Positions 47,051 through 64,000 of a DNA stretch of 64,000 bases are shown here, piece after piece. The stretch lies in sequence record PQ493298, one strand, 5' to 3'. Source of the stretch: Escherichia phage EPIMAM01. Both the position numbers and the translations under genes were made by a program. The notes under the pieces were generated by a model. It was not told the DNA's origin, did no database searches, and worked only from the letters and a program-made list of their open reading frames with translations. Position 1 is the first letter of the stretch, and each line of letters begins with the position of its first letter.

Positions 47051-49033
47051 ATGGCAAATACCCCTGTAAATTATCAATTAACAAGAACAGCAAATGCTAT
47101 TCCCGAGATATTCGTCGGGGGTACATTTGCTGAAATAAAACAAAACCTCATTGAATGGCTTAATGGTCAAAATGAATTTTTGGATTATGATTTTGAAGGC
47201 TCAAGATTAAACGTTCTGTGCGACCTTTTGGCTTATAATACATTATACATTCAGCAGTTTGGTAATGCTGCCTTATACGAAAGCTTTATGCGTACTGCTA
47301 ATTTACGTAGTTCAGTAGTTCAAGCTGCACAAGATAATGGATATTTACCTACTTCAAAATCAGCTGCTCAAACTGAAATTATGCTAACTTGTACAGACGC
47401 ATTGAATAGAAATTATATTACTATTCCTCGTGGTACTCGCTTTTTAGCATATGCAAAGGATACTTCCGTTAATCCTTACAACTTTGTATCTACCGAAGAT
47501 GTTATTGCTATTCGCGATAAAAATAACCAATATTTTCCACGTTTAAAATTGGCCCAGGGACGTATAGTAAGAACTGAAATCATTTATGATAAATTAACAC
47601 CTATTATCATTTATGACAAAAATATAGATAGAAACCAAGTTAAACTATACGTTGATGGAGCAGAATGGATTAACTGGACAAGAAAGTCAATGGTTCATGC
47701 TGGTTCTACATCAACAATTTACTACATGCGTGAAACTATTGATGGAAATACCGAGTTTTATTTTGGCGAAGGTGAGATTTCTGTTAATGCGGCAGAAGGA
47801 GCATTGACCGCTAATTATATTGGAGGTCTTAAACCTACTCAGAACTCTACGATTGTTATTGAGTACATCAGTACTAACGGTGCAGATGCGAATGGCGCAG
47901 TCGGATTTTCATATGCAGATACATTAACAAATATAACTGTCATCAACATTAATGAAAATCCAAACGATGACCCAGATTTTGTTGGGGCAGATGGCGGCGG
48001 TGATCCAGAAGATATTGAACGTATTCGTGAATTGGGTACTATTAAACGCGAGACCCAGCAACGCTGCGTAACTGCGACTGACTATGATACATTCGTTTCA
48101 GAGAGATTTGGTTCTATTATTCAAGCAGTTCAGACTTTCACTGATTCTACTAAACCTGGTTATGCATTTATTGCTGCTAAACCTAAATCAGGTCTGTATT
48201 TAACTACTGTACAGCGCGAAGATATTAAAAATTATCTCAAAGACTATAATTTAGCTCCTATTACGCCATCAATTATTTCTCCTAATTACCTTTTTATTAA
48301 GACTAATTTAAAAGTCACATATGCTTTAAATAAGCTGCAAGAATCCGAACAGTGGCTCGAAGGTCAAATAATTGATAAAATTGATCGTTATTATACCGAA
48401 GATGTAGAAATTTTTAACTCATCTTTCGCTAAATCTAAGATGTTGACATATGTAGATGATGCAGATCATTCTATCATTGGCTCATCAGCGACAATTCAAA
48501 TTGTTCGTGAAGTACAAAACTTCTATAAAACGCCTGAAGCAGGTATTAAATACAATAATCAAATAAAAGATCGTTCTATGGAATCTAATACGTTTTCATT
48601 TAATTCTGGACGAAAGGTTGTAAATCCTGATACTGGTTTAGAAGAAGATGTATTATATGACGTTCGCATAGTATCAACAGACCGAAATTCTAAAGGAATT
48701 GGTAAAGTTATTATTGGTCCATTTGCTTCTGGCGATGTTACAGAAAATAAAAACATTCGTCCATATACAGGAAACGATTTTAACAAATTAGCAAATTCTG
48801 ATGGACGCGACAAATACTATGTTATCGGTGAAATAAATTATCCAGCTGATGTGATTTATTGGAATATCGCTAAAATTAATTTAACATCTGAAAAATTTGA
48901 AGTTCAGACCATTGAATTATATTCTGACCCAACCGATGATGTTATCTTTACTCGCGATGGTTCACTGATTGTATTTGAAAATGACTTACGTCCACAATAC
49001 TTAACTATCGATTTGGAGCCTATATCACAATGA
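47051..49033 (+). CDS. 6: Baseplate wedge protein gp6
   Basis: 660 aa; synteny and length. Confidence 0.9.
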   Translation: MANTPVNYQLTRTANAIPEIFVGGTFAEIKQNLIEWLNGQNEFLDYDFEGSRLNVLCDLLAYNTLYIQQFGNAALYESFMRTANLRSSVVQAAQDNGYLPTSKSAAQTEIMLTCTDALNRNYITIPRGTRFLAYAKDTSVNPYNFVSTEDVIAIRDKNNQYFPRLKLAQGRIVRTEIIYDKLTPIIIYDKNIDRNQVKLYVDGAEWINWTRKSMVHAGSTSTIYYMRETIDGNTEFYFGEGEISVNAAEGALTANYIGGLKPTQNSTIVIEYISTNGADANGAVGFSYADTLTNITVININENPNDDPDFVGADGGGDPEDIERIRELGTIKRETQQRCVTATDYDTFVSERFGSIIQAVQTFTDSTKPGYAFIAAKPKSGLYLTTVQREDIKNYLKDYNLAPITPSIISPNYLFIKTNLKVTYALNKLQESEQWLEGQIIDKIDRYYTEDVEIFNSSFAKSKMLTYVDDADHSIIGSSATIQIVREVQNFYKTPEAGIKYNNQIKDRSMESNTFSFNSGRKVVNPDTGLEEDVLYDVRIVSTDRNSKGIGKVIIGPFASGDVTENKNIRPYTGNDFNKLANSDGRDKYYVIGEINYPADVIYWNIAKINLTSEKFEVQTIELYSDPTDDVIFTRDGSLIVFENDLRPQYLTIDLEPISQ

Positions 49034-52000
49034 CAGTAAAAGCACCTTCAGTCACTAGTCTCAGAATTTCCAAGTTATCCGCAAATCAGGTGCAAGTACG
49101 CTGGGATGACGTTGGTGCTAATTTCTACTATTTTGTAGAAATCGCTGAGACAAAGACAGACTCGGGGGAAAATCTCCCGAGTAATCAATATAGATGGATT
49201 AACTTAGGATATACTGCAAATAACAGCTTCTTTTTTGACGATGCTGACCCATTGACATCATACATTATTAGAGTAGCTACAGCTGCACAAGATTTTGAGC
49301 AGTCTGATTGGATTTATACCGAAGAGTTTGAAACTTTTGCTACAAATGCTTATACATTTCAAAACATGATTGAAATGCAATTAGCTAATAAATTCATTCA
49401 GGAAAAATTTACTCTTAATAATTCTGACTATGTTAATTTTAATAATGACACTATAATGGCTGCATTGATGAATGAATCATTCCAATTCAGCCCATCATAT
49501 GCTGATGTTTCATCAATAAGTAATTTTATTATTGGTGAAAATGAGTATCATGAAATACAAGGTTCTATTCAGCAAGTATGTAAGGATATCAATCGAGTTT
49601 ATTTGATGGAATCAGAAGGGATTCTATATCTTTTTGAGCGTTATCAACCTGTAGTTAAAGTATCCAATGATAAAGGTCAAACCTGGAAAGCTGTAAAGCT
49701 CTTCAATGATCGTGTAGGATATCCTTTATCTAAGACTGTATATTACCAATCTGCGAGCACAACATATGTTCTAGGATACGACAAGATTTTCTATGGCCGC
49801 AAATCTACTGATGTTAGATGGTCAGCTGATGATGTCAGATTTAGTTCGCAGGACATAACATTCGCTAAACTTGGTGATCAACTTCATTCGGGATTTGATG
49901 TTGAAATCTTTGGTACTTATGCTACATTACCTGCAAATGTGTATCGTATAGCTGAAGCTATTACTTGCACCGATGATTACATTTACGTTGTCGCCAGAGA
50001 CAAAGTTAGATACATAAAAACGAGTAATGCACCTATAGATTCTGATCCATTATCTCCAACATATTCAGAAAGGCTATTTGAACCTGATACAATGACTATA
50101 ACTGGAAATCCTAAAGCAGTATGCTATAAAATGGATTCTATCGGTGATAAAGTTTTTGCTCTTATTATCGGTGAAGTTGAAACATTAAATGCTAATCCTA
50201 GAACGTCAAAAATAATTGATTCTGTTGATAAAGGAATATATGTTTTAAATCATGACACAAAAACGTGGAAAAGAGTTTTTGGCAACACTGAAGAAGAAAG
50301 AAGACGTATTCAACCTGGGTATGCGAATATGTCAACTGATGGTAAATTAGTTTCTCTATCTTCGAGTAATTTTAAATTTTTAAGTGATAATATTGTTAAT
50401 GACCCTGAAACTGTAGCAAAATATCAGTTAATCGGTGCCGTTAAATATGAATTTCCTCGTGAATGGTTAGCTGATAAGCATTATCATATGATGGCATTTA
50501 TAGCAGATGAAAAGTCTGATTGGGAAACTTTTACGCCTCAGCCGATGAAATACTATGCAGAACCATTCTTTAACTGGTCTAAAAAGTCTAATACACGGTG
50601 CTGGATAAACAACTCTAATAGGGCTGTGGTAGTTTATGCAGATTTAAAATATACTAAAGTTATTGAAAATTTTCCAGAAACATCGCCAGATAGATTAGTT
50701 CATGAATACTGGGATGACGGCGATTGCACTATAGTAATGCCAAACGTTAAATTCACGGGATTTAAAAAATATGCGTCTGGGATGCTTTTTTATAAATCCT
50801 CTGGTGAAATAATTTCTTATTATGATTTTAACTATCGAGTGAGAGACACGGTTGAAATAATTTGGAAGCCAACTGGAATATTTTTAAAAGCATTTTTACA
50901 AAACCAAGAGCATGAAACTCCTTGGTCACCAGAAGAAGAGCATGGATTAGCTGACCCTGATTTAAGACCATTGATTGGCACAATGATGCCTGATTCTTAT
51001 TTACTACAAGATTCGAATTTTGAGGCATTTTGCGAAGCATATATTCAATATCTTTCTGATGGATATGGAACTCAGTATAACAATTTACGAAATTTAATTC
51101 GTAACAAATATCCACGAGAAGAGCATGCATGGGAATATTTGTGGTCAGAGATATATAAAAGAAACATTTATTTAAATGCTGACAAACGTGATGCTGTTGC
51201 AAGATTTTTTGAATCACGTAGCTATGATTTTTATTCTACTAAAGGAATTGAAGCATCATATAAATTTCTTTTTAAAGTTCTTTATAATGAAGAAGTTGAA
51301 ATTGAAATTGAATCTGGTGCTGGTACTGAATACGATATAATCGTTCAATCTGATTCTTTAACTGAAGATTTGGTAGGACAAACGATTTATACAGCTACAG
51401 GAAGATGTAATGTTACTTATATAGAAAGAAGTTATTCTAATGGTAAATTGCAATGGACCGTAACTATTCATAATCTTTTGGGAAGATTAATTGCTGGTCA
51501 AGAAGTTAAAGCAGAAAGACTTCCGAGTTTTGAAGGCGAAATTATTCGTGGTGTTAAAGGAAAGGATTTGCTTCAAAATAATATAGACTATATTAATAGA
51601 AGCCGATCATATTATGTAATGAAAATTAAATCCAATTTACCTTCTTCTCGCTGGAAATCTGACGTTATTCGTTTTGTTCATCCAGTAGGATTTGGATTTA
51701 TAGCAATTACCCTTTTAACGATGTTTATTAATGTTGGTTTAACTCTTAAACACACAGAGACTATAATTAATAAATACAAAAACTACAAATGGGATTCTGG
51801 ATTGCCTACTGAATATGCTGATAGAGTAGCTAAATTAACTCCAACTGGTGAAATTGAACATGATTCAGTAACAGGAGAAGCAATTTATGAACCTGGCCCA
51901 ATGGCTGGTGTAAAATATCCTCTTCCTGATGACTATAATGCTGAAAATAATAATTCAATATTTCAAGGTCAATTGCCTTCTGAACGACGCAAGTTAATGA

Positions 52001-52128
52001 GTCCTCTATTTGACGCATCTGGAACAACATTTGCACAGTTTAGGGATTTAGTTAATAAACGTCTAAAAGATAATATAGGAAATCCAAGAGACCCTGAAAA
52101 TCCAACACAGGTTAAAATAGATGAATGA
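49030..52128 (+). CDS. 7: Baseplate wedge initiator gp7
   Basis: 1032 aa; synteny and length. Confidence 0.9.
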   Translation: MTVKAPSVTSLRISKLSANQVQVRWDDVGANFYYFVEIAETKTDSGENLPSNQYRWINLGYTANNSFFFDDADPLTSYIIRVATAAQDFEQSDWIYTEEFETFATNAYTFQNMIEMQLANKFIQEKFTLNNSDYVNFNNDTIMAALMNESFQFSPSYADVSSISNFIIGENEYHEIQGSIQQVCKDINRVYLMESEGILYLFERYQPVVKVSNDKGQTWKAVKLFNDRVGYPLSKTVYYQSASTTYVLGYDKIFYGRKSTDVRWSADDVRFSSQDITFAKLGDQLHSGFDVEIFGTYATLPANVYRIAEAITCTDDYIYVVARDKVRYIKTSNAPIDSDPLSPTYSERLFEPDTMTITGNPKAVCYKMDSIGDKVFALIIGEVETLNANPRTSKIIDSVDKGIYVLNHDTKTWKRVFGNTEEERRRIQPGYANMSTDGKLVSLSSSNFKFLSDNIVNDPETVAKYQLIGAVKYEFPREWLADKHYHMMAFIADEKSDWETFTPQPMKYYAEPFFNWSKKSNTRCWINNSNRAVVVYADLKYTKVIENFPETSPDRLVHEYWDDGDCTIVMPNVKFTGFKKYASGMLFYKSSGEIISYYDFNYRVRDTVEIIWKPTGIFLKAFLQNQEHETPWSPEEEHGLADPDLRPLIGTMMPDSYLLQDSNFEAFCEAYIQYLSDGYGTQYNNLRNLIRNKYPREEHAWEYLWSEIYKRNIYLNADKRDAVARFFESRSYDFYSTKGIEASYKFLFKVLYNEEVEIEIESGAGTEYDIIVQSDSLTEDLVGQTIYTATGRCNVTYIERSYSNGKLQWTVTIHNLLGRLIAGQEVKAERLPSFEGEIIRGVKGKDLLQNNIDYINRSRSYYVMKIKSNLPSSRWKSDVIRFVHPVGFGFIAITLLTMFINVGLTLKHTETIINKYKNYKWDSGLPTEYADRVAKLTPTGEIEHDSVTGEAIYEPGPMAGVKYPLPDDYNAENNNSIFQGQLPSERRKLMSPLFDASGTTFAQFRDLVNKRLKDNIGNPRDPENPTQVKIDE

Positions 52129-53125
52129 TTCAAGTGTTATCTATCGTGCGATAGTTACTTCAAAATTTAGAACAGAAAAAATGTTGAATTTTTATAATTC
52201 AATTGGGAGTGGTCCGGATAAAAACACTATCTTTATCACATTTGGAAGATCAGAACCGTGGTCATCAAATGAAAATGAGGTGGGCTTTGCTCCACCTTAT
52301 CCAACTGATTCTGTATTGGGTGTAACTGACATGTGGACTCATATGATGGGAACCGTAAAGGTTCTTCCATCTATGCTTGATGCGGTTATTCCTCGTAGAG
52401 ATTGGGGAGATACTAGATATCCGGATCCATACACATTTAGAATTAACGATATTGTAGTATGTAACTCAGCTCCTTACAATGCTACTGAATCAGGCGCAGG
52501 CTGGCTAGTATATCGTTGTTTAGATGTTCCTGACACAGGAACATGCTCAATAACATCTTTGACTGACAAGGATGAATGTATTAAGTTAGGTGGAAAATGG
52601 ACTCCTTCTGTTAGGTCAATGACTCCTCCTGAAGGTCGAGGAGACGCGGAAGGAACAATCGAACCTGGAGACGGATATGTTTGGGAATATCTTTTTGAGA
52701 TTCCGCCTGATGTATCTATAAATAGATGTACAAATGAATATATCGTAGTTCCTTGGCCTGAGGAATTAAAAGAAGACCCAACTAGATGGGGGTATGAAGA
52801 TAATCTCACTTGGCAACAAGATGATTTTGGATTAATTTATCGCGTTAAGGCAAATACTATCCGTTTTAAAGCATATTTAGATTCAGTTTACTTTCCTGAT
52901 GCTGCATTACCGGGAAATAAAGGATTTAGACAAATATCAATAATCACCAATCCTCTTGAAGCTAAAGTTCATCCAAATGACCCAAACGTTAAAGCTGAAA
53001 AGGATTATTATGATCCGGAAGATTTAATGAGGCATTCGGGCGAAATGATTTATATGGAAAATAGGCCACCTATTATCATGGCAATGGATCAAACAGAAGA
53101 AATCAATATTCTGTTTACATTTTAA
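52121..53125 (+). CDS. 8: Baseplate wedge protein gp8
   Basis: 334 aa; synteny and length. Confidence 0.9.
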   Translation: MNDSSVIYRAIVTSKFRTEKMLNFYNSIGSGPDKNTIFITFGRSEPWSSNENEVGFAPPYPTDSVLGVTDMWTHMMGTVKVLPSMLDAVIPRRDWGDTRYPDPYTFRINDIVVCNSAPYNATESGAGWLVYRCLDVPDTGTCSITSLTDKDECIKLGGKWTPSVRSMTPPEGRGDAEGTIEPGDGYVWEYLFEIPPDVSINRCTNEYIVVPWPEELKEDPTRWGYEDNLTWQQDDFGLIYRVKANTIRFKAYLDSVYFPDAALPGNKGFRQISIITNPLEAKVHPNDPNVKAEKDYYDPEDLMRHSGEMIYMENRPPIIMAMDQTEEINILFTF

Positions 53126-53130
53126 ATTAA

Positions 53131-53156
53131 GGGAGCCCATAGGCTCCCTTTTTTCT
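53131..53156 (+). terminator. Rho-independent terminator after gene 8
   Basis: gggagcc-cata-ggctccc followed by TTTTTTC. Confidence 0.7.
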
Positions 53157-53157
53157 T

Positions 53158-53165
53158 TATAAATA
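53158..53165 (+). promoter_or_regulatory. T4 late promoter TATAAATA upstream of gene 9
   Basis: Exact TATAAATA about 25 nt upstream of the ATG. Confidence 0.6.
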
Positions 53166-53189
53166 CTATAAACTCATAAGGAAACCGCT

Positions 53190-54056
53190 ATGTTCATTCA
53201 AGAACCAAAGAAATTGATTGATACCGGCGAAATTGGTAACGCTTCTACTGGTGATATCTTATTCGACGGTGGTAATAAAATTAATAGTGATTTTAACGCA
53301 ATTTATAATGCGTTTGGCGATCAGCGCAAAATGGCAGTAGCAAATGGCACTGGAGCAAATGGCCAAATTATCCATGCTACTGGATATTATCAAAAGCACT
53401 CTATAGCAGAGTACGCAACTCCAGTAAAAGTTGGCACTAGACATGATATTGATACCTCTACTGTAGGTGTTAAAGTTATCATTGAAAAAGGCGAACTTGG
53501 CGACTGTGTTGAATTTATTAACTCAAATGGATCAATATCAGTTACTAATCCTTTAACAATTCAGGCTATTGATTCAATCAAAGGTGTTTCGGGTAATTTG
53601 GTAGTAACTAGCCCATATAGTAAAGTTACTTTACGATGTATTTCATCTGATAATTCTACATCTGTTTGGAATTATTCTATTGAAAGTATGTTTGGACAAA
53701 AGGAATCACCAGCTGAAGGTACATGGAATATTTCTACATCTGGATCAGTTGACATTCCACTATTTCACCGTACTGAATATAACATGGCTAAATTGTTAGT
53801 TACGTGCCAATCGATAGATGGAAGAAAAATTAAAACAGCAGAAATAAATATTCTTGTGGATAATGTTAATTCAGAGGTCATTTCTTCTGAATATGCTGTC
53901 ATGCGAGTTGGGAATGAAACTGAAGAAGACGAAATCGCTAATATTGCATTTAGTATTAAAACAAATTATGTAACAGCGACTATAAGTTCTTCAACTGTCG
54001 GTATGAGAGCAGCAGTTAAAGTTATCGCTACGCAGAAAATCGGGGTGGCTCAATAA
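53190..54056 (+). CDS. 9: Baseplate protein gp9 (long tail fibre attachment)
   Basis: 288 aa; synteny. Confidence 0.9.
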   Translation: MFIQEPKKLIDTGEIGNASTGDILFDGGNKINSDFNAIYNAFGDQRKMAVANGTGANGQIIHATGYYQKHSIAEYATPVKVGTRHDIDTSTVGVKVIIEKGELGDCVEFINSNGSISVTNPLTIQAIDSIKGVSGNLVVTSPYSKVTLRCISSDNSTSVWNYSIESMFGQKESPAEGTWNISTSGSVDIPLFHRTEYNMAKLLVTCQSIDGRKIKTAEINILVDNVNSEVISSEYAVMRVGNETEEDEIANIAFSIKTNYVTATISSSTVGMRAAVKVIATQKIGVAQ

Positions 54057-55861
54057 TGAAACAAAATATTAATATCGGTAATGTTGTTGATGATGGTACC
54101 GGTGACTACCTGCGTAAAGGTGGTATAAAAATAAATGAAAACTTTGATGAACTTTATTATGAACTTGGCGATGGAGATGTTCCATATTCAGCCGGTGCCT
54201 GGAAAACTTATAATGCTTCATCCGGTCAAACATTAAAAGCTAAGTGGGGAAAATCATACGCTATTAATACCTCTTCTGGAAGAGTAACTTTACAACTTCC
54301 TAAAGGAACTGTTAATGATTATAATAAAGTAATTAGAGCTAGGGATGTATTTGCAACATGGAACATTAATCCAGTTACTTTAGTAGCTGCTTCTGGGGAT
54401 ACAATTAAAGGGTCGTCATCGTCAGTTGAAATTAATATTCAATTTAGTGATTTAGAGCTCGTTTATTGCGCACCAGGACGTTGGGAGTATGTCAAAAACA
54501 AACAAATTGATAAAATTATTAGTTCAGATATTAGTAATGTAGCTCGCAAAGAATTTTTAGTAGAAGTTCAAGGACAAACTGACTTTTTAGATGTTTTCCA
54601 TGGAACTAGTTATAATGTCAATAACATCAGAGTAAAACACCGCGGTAACGAATTATATTACGGCGATGTATTTAGTGAAAACAGTGACTTTGGCTCTCCG
54701 GGGGAAAACGAAGGAGAATTAATTCCTCTTGATGGATTTAATATTAGGTTAAGACAGCCTTGTAATATTGGCGACACTGTTCAAATTGAAACGTTTATGG
54801 ATGGTGTATCACAATGGAGAAGTTCATATACAAGACGCCAAATAAAAGTACTAGATTCAAAACTAACATCAAAGACTTCTTTAGAAGGAAGCATTTATGT
54901 TACTGATTTATCGGCGATGAAATCAATTCCATTCTCTGCGTTTGGATTAATTCCTGGCGAACCCATTAATCCTAATTCTCTCGAGGTTCGTTTTAATGGA
55001 ATTTTACAGCAACAGGCTGGAACAGCTGGGTATCCTCTGTTTTTGTGCGAAGGCGCTAATTCAGATACGCAAGAAGGATGTATATCTCTTGGTGGCGAAT
55101 GGAAAGAATCAAACACAGATTATTCTATAGAATATGAAGATGGAAAACCTACCAGTCTTTTATTTGATAGAAAATTTGAATCAGGCGATATAATCGTTAT
55201 AACGTGGTTCAATAATGATTTAGGAACTCTTTTAGAAAAAGATGACATCATTGAATTGACTGATGACCGTTATGTTAGCAAAGGATCGTCTACCGAAGTT
55301 ACTGGCGATGTAGCCTTAACAGATTTTGATAAAATTGGTTGGCCAAATGTTGAAAAAGTTGATTCTTATACTAGAACGTATAATTCAATATCATCTATTT
55401 TCGATAGCATTTATCCTGTAGGTTCAATTTATGAAAATGCTATAAACCCAAATAATCCGGTGACTTATATGGGGTTTGGTTCATGGAAATTATTTGGTAA
55501 AGGACAAGTTTTAGTAGGATGGAATGATGATGTTACGGATCCAAACTTTGCTTTAAACAATAATGATTTAGATTCTAGTGGAAATCCTTCACACACTGCC
55601 GGTGGAACAGTTGGAACAACATCAGTAACGCTTGAAAACGCAAATCTTCCTGCGACTAAAACTGATGAAAGAGTTTTAATTGAAGATGAAAATGGATCAG
55701 TTATTATTGGAGGTTGTCAATATGACCCAGATGAAACTGGTCCTATATATACAAAATATCGTGAAGACTATGCAACAACAAACTCTTCACATACTCCTCC
55801 TACTAATATTAGTAATATTCAACCGTCTATTACTGTATACCGTTGGATAAGGATTGCATAA
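54056..55861 (+). CDS. 10: Baseplate wedge protein gp10
   Basis: 601 aa; synteny. Confidence 0.9.
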   Translation: MKQNINIGNVVDDGTGDYLRKGGIKINENFDELYYELGDGDVPYSAGAWKTYNASSGQTLKAKWGKSYAINTSSGRVTLQLPKGTVNDYNKVIRARDVFATWNINPVTLVAASGDTIKGSSSSVEINIQFSDLELVYCAPGRWEYVKNKQIDKIISSDISNVARKEFLVEVQGQTDFLDVFHGTSYNVNNIRVKHRGNELYYGDVFSENSDFGSPGENEGELIPLDGFNIRLRQPCNIGDTVQIETFMDGVSQWRSSYTRRQIKVLDSKLTSKTSLEGSIYVTDLSAMKSIPFSAFGLIPGEPINPNSLEVRFNGILQQQAGTAGYPLFLCEGANSDTQEGCISLGGEWKESNTDYSIEYEDGKPTSLLFDRKFESGDIIVITWFNNDLGTLLEKDDIIELTDDRYVSKGSSTEVTGDVALTDFDKIGWPNVEKVDSYTRTYNSISSIFDSIYPVGSIYENAINPNNPVTYMGFGSWKLFGKGQVLVGWNDDVTDPNFALNNNDLDSSGNPSHTAGGTVGTTSVTLENANLPATKTDERVLIEDENGSVIIGGCQYDPDETGPIYTKYREDYATTNSSHTPPTNISNIQPSITVYRWIRIA

Positions 55862-56520
55862 TGAGTTTACTTAATAATAAAGCGGGAGTTATTTCCCGCT
55901 TAGCGGATTTTCTTGGTTTTAGAACTAAGAAAAATGATATTTCGATTATGAATAATCAGCCAGTAGGCGCTGTAACAATTTCACAAATATCAAAAGGTTT
56001 TTATGATTCAAATGTAGAATCTGCTATCAATGACGTTAGAAATATGGCAGAGCAACCGGTTGGAGCTGTATTAGTTAATATAAGCGGCGTATCTCCTACT
56101 GGCGTGCAACAAACCGACTATTGGTCATTTGAAGGAACTGTTACTGATACTTCAGTCAAATCAGGTGACCCAGTTATTGTTAACATGTTTGGTATTCCAG
56201 TTAAAGCTACTAATGGAATGACTTCAATTGAATTTACTAGTGCCGTTAGAATAGCTCTACAGGAAATGGTTGTAAAATTTATTGCAATTGATTCATTTGA
56301 AGACCATCCTACCATAGGAAATAAAATACAAGTTAAGTATTTAGATAACCAAGAACATATCTTAGAACAATACTCTGATAAAGGAATTACTTTCAAACAG
56401 GAAATAATTTCTCCTTCTAAACCTGGGTATGGAACTTGGCAATTATTAGGTGCGCAAACTGTTACGCTAGATAGTCACACACAACCTACAGTATTTTATT
56501 ATTTTGAGAGAGTAGCATGA
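55861..56520 (+). CDS. 11: Baseplate protein gp11 (short tail fibre attachment)
   Basis: 219 aa from ATG 55861 ([14 protein letters not shown]); 1-nt overlap with gp10 stop. Confidence 0.85.
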   Translation: MSLLNNKAGVISRLADFLGFRTKKNDISIMNNQPVGAVTISQISKGFYDSNVESAINDVRNMAEQPVGAVLVNISGVSPTGVQQTDYWSFEGTVTDTSVKSGDPVIVNMFGIPVKATNGMTSIEFTSAVRIALQEMVVKFIAIDSFEDHPTIGNKIQVKYLDNQEHILEQYSDKGITFKQEIISPSKPGYGTWQLLGAQTVTLDSHTQPTVFYYFERVA

Positions 56521-58067
56521 GTAACAATACATATCAGCACGTATCAAATGAATCAAAGTATGTTAAATTCGATCCTACTGGATCGAATTTTCCTGGCACT
56601 GTTACGACAGTACAGTCTGCATTATCAAAAATAAGTAATATCGGCGTAAATGGTATTCCTGATGCAACTATGGAAGTTAAAGGAATAGCAATGATTGCGT
56701 CAGAACAAGAGGTTTTAGATGGAACTAATAACTCTAAAATCGTTACACCAGCTACATTAGCAACAAGATTATTGTATCCAAATGCTACTGAAACTAAATA
56801 TGGTTTAACGCGTTATTCAACAAATGAAGAAACATTAAAAGGCTCAGATAATAATTCATCAATAACACCACAAAAACTGAAATACCACACTGACGATGTG
56901 TTCAAAAATAGATATTCGTCTGAGTCATCAAACGGGGTTATTAAAATATCATCTACACCTGCAGCTTTGGCTGGAGTTGATGATACTACTGCGATGACTC
57001 CGCTAAAAACCCAAAAACTTGCAATAAAATTAATTTCGCAAATAGCTCCTTCAGAAGACACTGCAACAGAATCGGTGAGAGGAGTAGTTCAATTATCTAC
57101 TGTTGCACAAATTCGTCAAGGAACTCTCCGCGAAGGATATGCAATTTCCCCGTATACCTTTATGAATTCTGTTGCAACACATGAATATAAGGGTGTTATA
57201 CGCCTAGGAACGCAGACTGAAATTAATAATAATTTGGGTGGTGTTGCAGTAACAGGTGAAACACTAAATGGTCGAGGAGCTACCGGTTCTATGCGTGGAG
57301 TAGTTAAATTAACGACGCAAGCCGGTATTGCCCCTGAAGGTGATAGCTCTGGAGCATTAGCGTGGAACGCAGATGTAATTAATACTCGTGGTGGACAAAC
57401 TATTAATGGTTCTTTAAATTTAGACCATCTTACAGCAAATGGAATTTGGTCACGCGGTGGAATGTGGAAAAATGGCGATCAACCTGTTGCCACTGAAAGA
57501 TATGCGTCCGAAAGGGTTCCAGTTGGAACTATTATGATGTTTGCGGGTGATTCAGCACCTCCAGGTTGGATTATGTGTCATGGTGGAACCGTGTCAGGTG
57601 ACCAATTTCCTGATTATAGAAACGTAGTTGGAACAAGATTTGGTGGCGATTGGAATAATCCTGGTATTCCTGATATGCGAGGTCTTTTCGTCAGAGGAGC
57701 CGGTACTGGCGGTCATATTTTAAATCAACGAGGACAAGATGGTTATGGAAAGGATAGACTTGGCGTAGGATGTGACGGAATGCATGTTGGTGGTGTTCAA
57801 GCACAACAAATGTCATACCATAAACACGCCGGTGGTTGGGGGGAATATAACAGAAGTGAAGGCCCATTTGGCGCGTCTGTTTATCAAGGATATCTTGGAA
57901 CTAGAAAATATGCCGACTGGGATAATGCTTCATACTTTACTAATGATGGATTTGAATTAGGCGGACCGAGAGATGCCCTTGGTACACTTAATCGTGAAGG
58001 ATTAATTGGTTATGAAACTAGACCATGGAATATATCATTAAACTATATTATTAAAGTTCATTACTAA
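56517..58067 (+). CDS. 12: Short tail fibre gp12
   Basis: 516 aa; repetitive N-terminal shaft; synteny. Confidence 0.85.
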   Translation: MSNNTYQHVSNESKYVKFDPTGSNFPGTVTTVQSALSKISNIGVNGIPDATMEVKGIAMIASEQEVLDGTNNSKIVTPATLATRLLYPNATETKYGLTRYSTNEETLKGSDNNSSITPQKLKYHTDDVFKNRYSSESSNGVIKISSTPAALAGVDDTTAMTPLKTQKLAIKLISQIAPSEDTATESVRGVVQLSTVAQIRQGTLREGYAISPYTFMNSVATHEYKGVIRLGTQTEINNNLGGVAVTGETLNGRGATGSMRGVVKLTTQAGIAPEGDSSGALAWNADVINTRGGQTINGSLNLDHLTANGIWSRGGMWKNGDQPVATERYASERVPVGTIMMFAGDSAPPGWIMCHGGTVSGDQFPDYRNVVGTRFGGDWNNPGIPDMRGLFVRGAGTGGHILNQRGQDGYGKDRLGVGCDGMHVGGVQAQQMSYHKHAGGWGEYNRSEGPFGASVYQGYLGTRKYADWDNASYFTNDGFELGGPRDALGTLNREGLIGYETRPWNISLNYIIKVHY

Positions 58068-58076
58068 GGATTACAA

Positions 58077-59534
58077 ATGATTGAATTAAAAGATTTACCT
58101 TTTGTTGATAGCGTTCCTGATGAAGGTCAGGAACGTATTTCATGGATTAAAAATGGTGAAGAAATATTAGGAGCTAGTACTAAGTATGGAAATGATGGAT
58201 CAATGAATAGACCTATTGTTTCCGTGTTTAAAAATGTCGAAGTTCTTGATGAAAATGTGGGAATTCTTAAAACTGCCATTGAAACATCACAGAAAGATAT
58301 TAAAACAATTCAAGGAGTTTTAGATGTATCAGGAGATATAGAAGCACTAGCACAGATCAGTGTTAATAAAAATGACATATCAAATTTAAAGACACTTACT
58401 AATGAACACACTGATATATTAACTGGAACTAATAATACAGTTGACAAAATTATTGCTGATATAGGTCCATTTAATGATGAAGAAAACTCTGTTTACAGAA
58501 CAATTAGAAATGATTTATTGTGGATTAAACAGGAATTAGGACAATATTCTGGTCAAGACATTAACGGTCTTCCTGTTGTTGGTAATGCTAGCACAGGAAT
58601 GAAACACAGAATAATAACAAATAGTACGTTATTATCTTCACAAGGCATTCGTTTAAGCGAATTAGAAACTAAATTTACTGAATCTGACGTAGGATCATTA
58701 ACTGTTGAAGTTGGTAAATTACGCGATGAACTTGGTAATAAACCGGTAGATTTTGGGCCAAATATTTATAATAGATTAAACACCATAGATGATAAACAAA
58801 CTTTAATAAATTTTGATATAGCAGAAATTAAATCTTCTATTGGATACCCAGAAAATGTTTCTATAATAACAGAAATTAATAATAACAAAAGTAGCATTGA
58901 AGCTATTAATAATGAATTAAATCAGAGTGAAGGTGTTAAACAGCGCTTAACGGCTATTGAAACTTCTATAGGTTCAGATGATATTCCTTCTAGTATTAAA
59001 GGAAAAATTAAAAATCACACAACTTCTATTGAGTCTTTAAATGGAATTGTCGGTGAAAACACTTCGTCTGGTTTAAGAGCAAATGTTTCATGGTTAAATC
59101 AAATTGTTGGAACTGACTCCAGCGGAGGACAACCGTCTCCTTCTGGATCTCTATTAAATAAAGTTTCAGTGATTGAAGGAGAAGTTTCAGTTTTAAACAA
59201 TAATGTTCAAAATATACAAGTTGAAATAGGAAATAATAGAACAGGAATTAAAGGTCAAGTTATTGAACTTACTTCACTTATAAATGGAAATAATCCTGAC
59301 GGATCAACTGTTGAAGAACGAGGATTAACTAATTCTGTAAAAACGAATGAAACTAACATTGCGGCAGTCACACAGGAAGTAAATACAGTTAAAGAAAATA
59401 TATCCTCTTTACAGAGTAGCGTTCAAGATCTACAAGAAGCAGGTTATATTCCTGAAGCTCCAAAAGATGGCCAAGCTTACGTTCGTAAAGACGGCGAATG
59501 GGTATTACTTTCTACCTTTTTATCACCAGCATAA
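58077..59534 (+). CDS. wac: Fibritin (whisker antigen control) Wac
   Basis: 485 aa; long heptad-repeat coiled coil; C-terminal foldon-like [27 protein letters not shown]. Confidence 0.85.
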   Translation: MIELKDLPFVDSVPDEGQERISWIKNGEEILGASTKYGNDGSMNRPIVSVFKNVEVLDENVGILKTAIETSQKDIKTIQGVLDVSGDIEALAQISVNKNDISNLKTLTNEHTDILTGTNNTVDKIIADIGPFNDEENSVYRTIRNDLLWIKQELGQYSGQDINGLPVVGNASTGMKHRIITNSTLLSSQGIRLSELETKFTESDVGSLTVEVGKLRDELGNKPVDFGPNIYNRLNTIDDKQTLINFDIAEIKSSIGYPENVSIITEINNNKSSIEAINNELNQSEGVKQRLTAIETSIGSDDIPSSIKGKIKNHTTSIESLNGIVGENTSSGLRANVSWLNQIVGTDSSGGQPSPSGSLLNKVSVIEGEVSVLNNNVQNIQVEIGNNRTGIKGQVIELTSLINGNNPDGSTVEERGLTNSVKTNETNIAAVTQEVNTVKENISSLQSSVQDLQEAGYIPEAPKDGQAYVRKDGEWVLLSTFLSPA

Positions 59535-59537
59535 CAT

Positions 59538-59553
59538 GGGGCCGCAAGGCCCC
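59538..59553 (+). terminator. GC hairpin with GCAA tetraloop after wac
   Basis: ggggcc-gcaa-ggcccc. Confidence 0.5.
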
Positions 59554-59565
59554 AAAGGATTTTAA

Positions 59566-61267
<1,702 letters not shown>

Positions 61268-61308
61268 TAAATATTATAAACTAATTAAAGCCCAGATTAG
61301 GAGAAATC

Positions 61309-64000
<2,692 letters not shown>

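Overview
This window is a contiguous piece of a T4-like (T-even) phage genome, running from gene 46 through the start of gene 17 in the same order as T4. Positions 1-43870 are the minus-strand early/middle region: 46, 47, a-gt, 55, nrdH/nrdG/nrdD, 49, nrdC, a long block of uncharacterised ORFs, rI, tk, regB, denV, ipII, lysozyme e, nudE, an 11-gene tRNA cluster, internal-protein genes, 57B/57A and genes 1, 3, 2, 4. Positions 43918-64000 are the plus-strand late baseplate/neck/packaging block: 53, 5, 5.4, 6-12, wac, 13-16 and the 5' part of 17. Gene names come from my recollection of T4 proteins and motifs read in the translations; no database search was run. I see no integrase, att site, CRISPR array or clearly foreign island. 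The best candidates for undescribed biology are compact modules inside the accessory early region: a nucleotidyltransferase translationally coupled to a membrane protein (19446-22005), a tandem array of four diverged coiled-coil paralogs (12459-16361), a GrcA-like glycyl-radical gene whose 3' half looks host-derived (27942-28304), three tRNAs beyond the T4 set (His, Asn, Tyr), five capsid-targeting-sequence internal-protein genes in repeat-flanked cassettes, an HNH endonuclease between genes 2 and 3, and early promoters whose -10 element sits inside inverted repeats with compensating arm changes.
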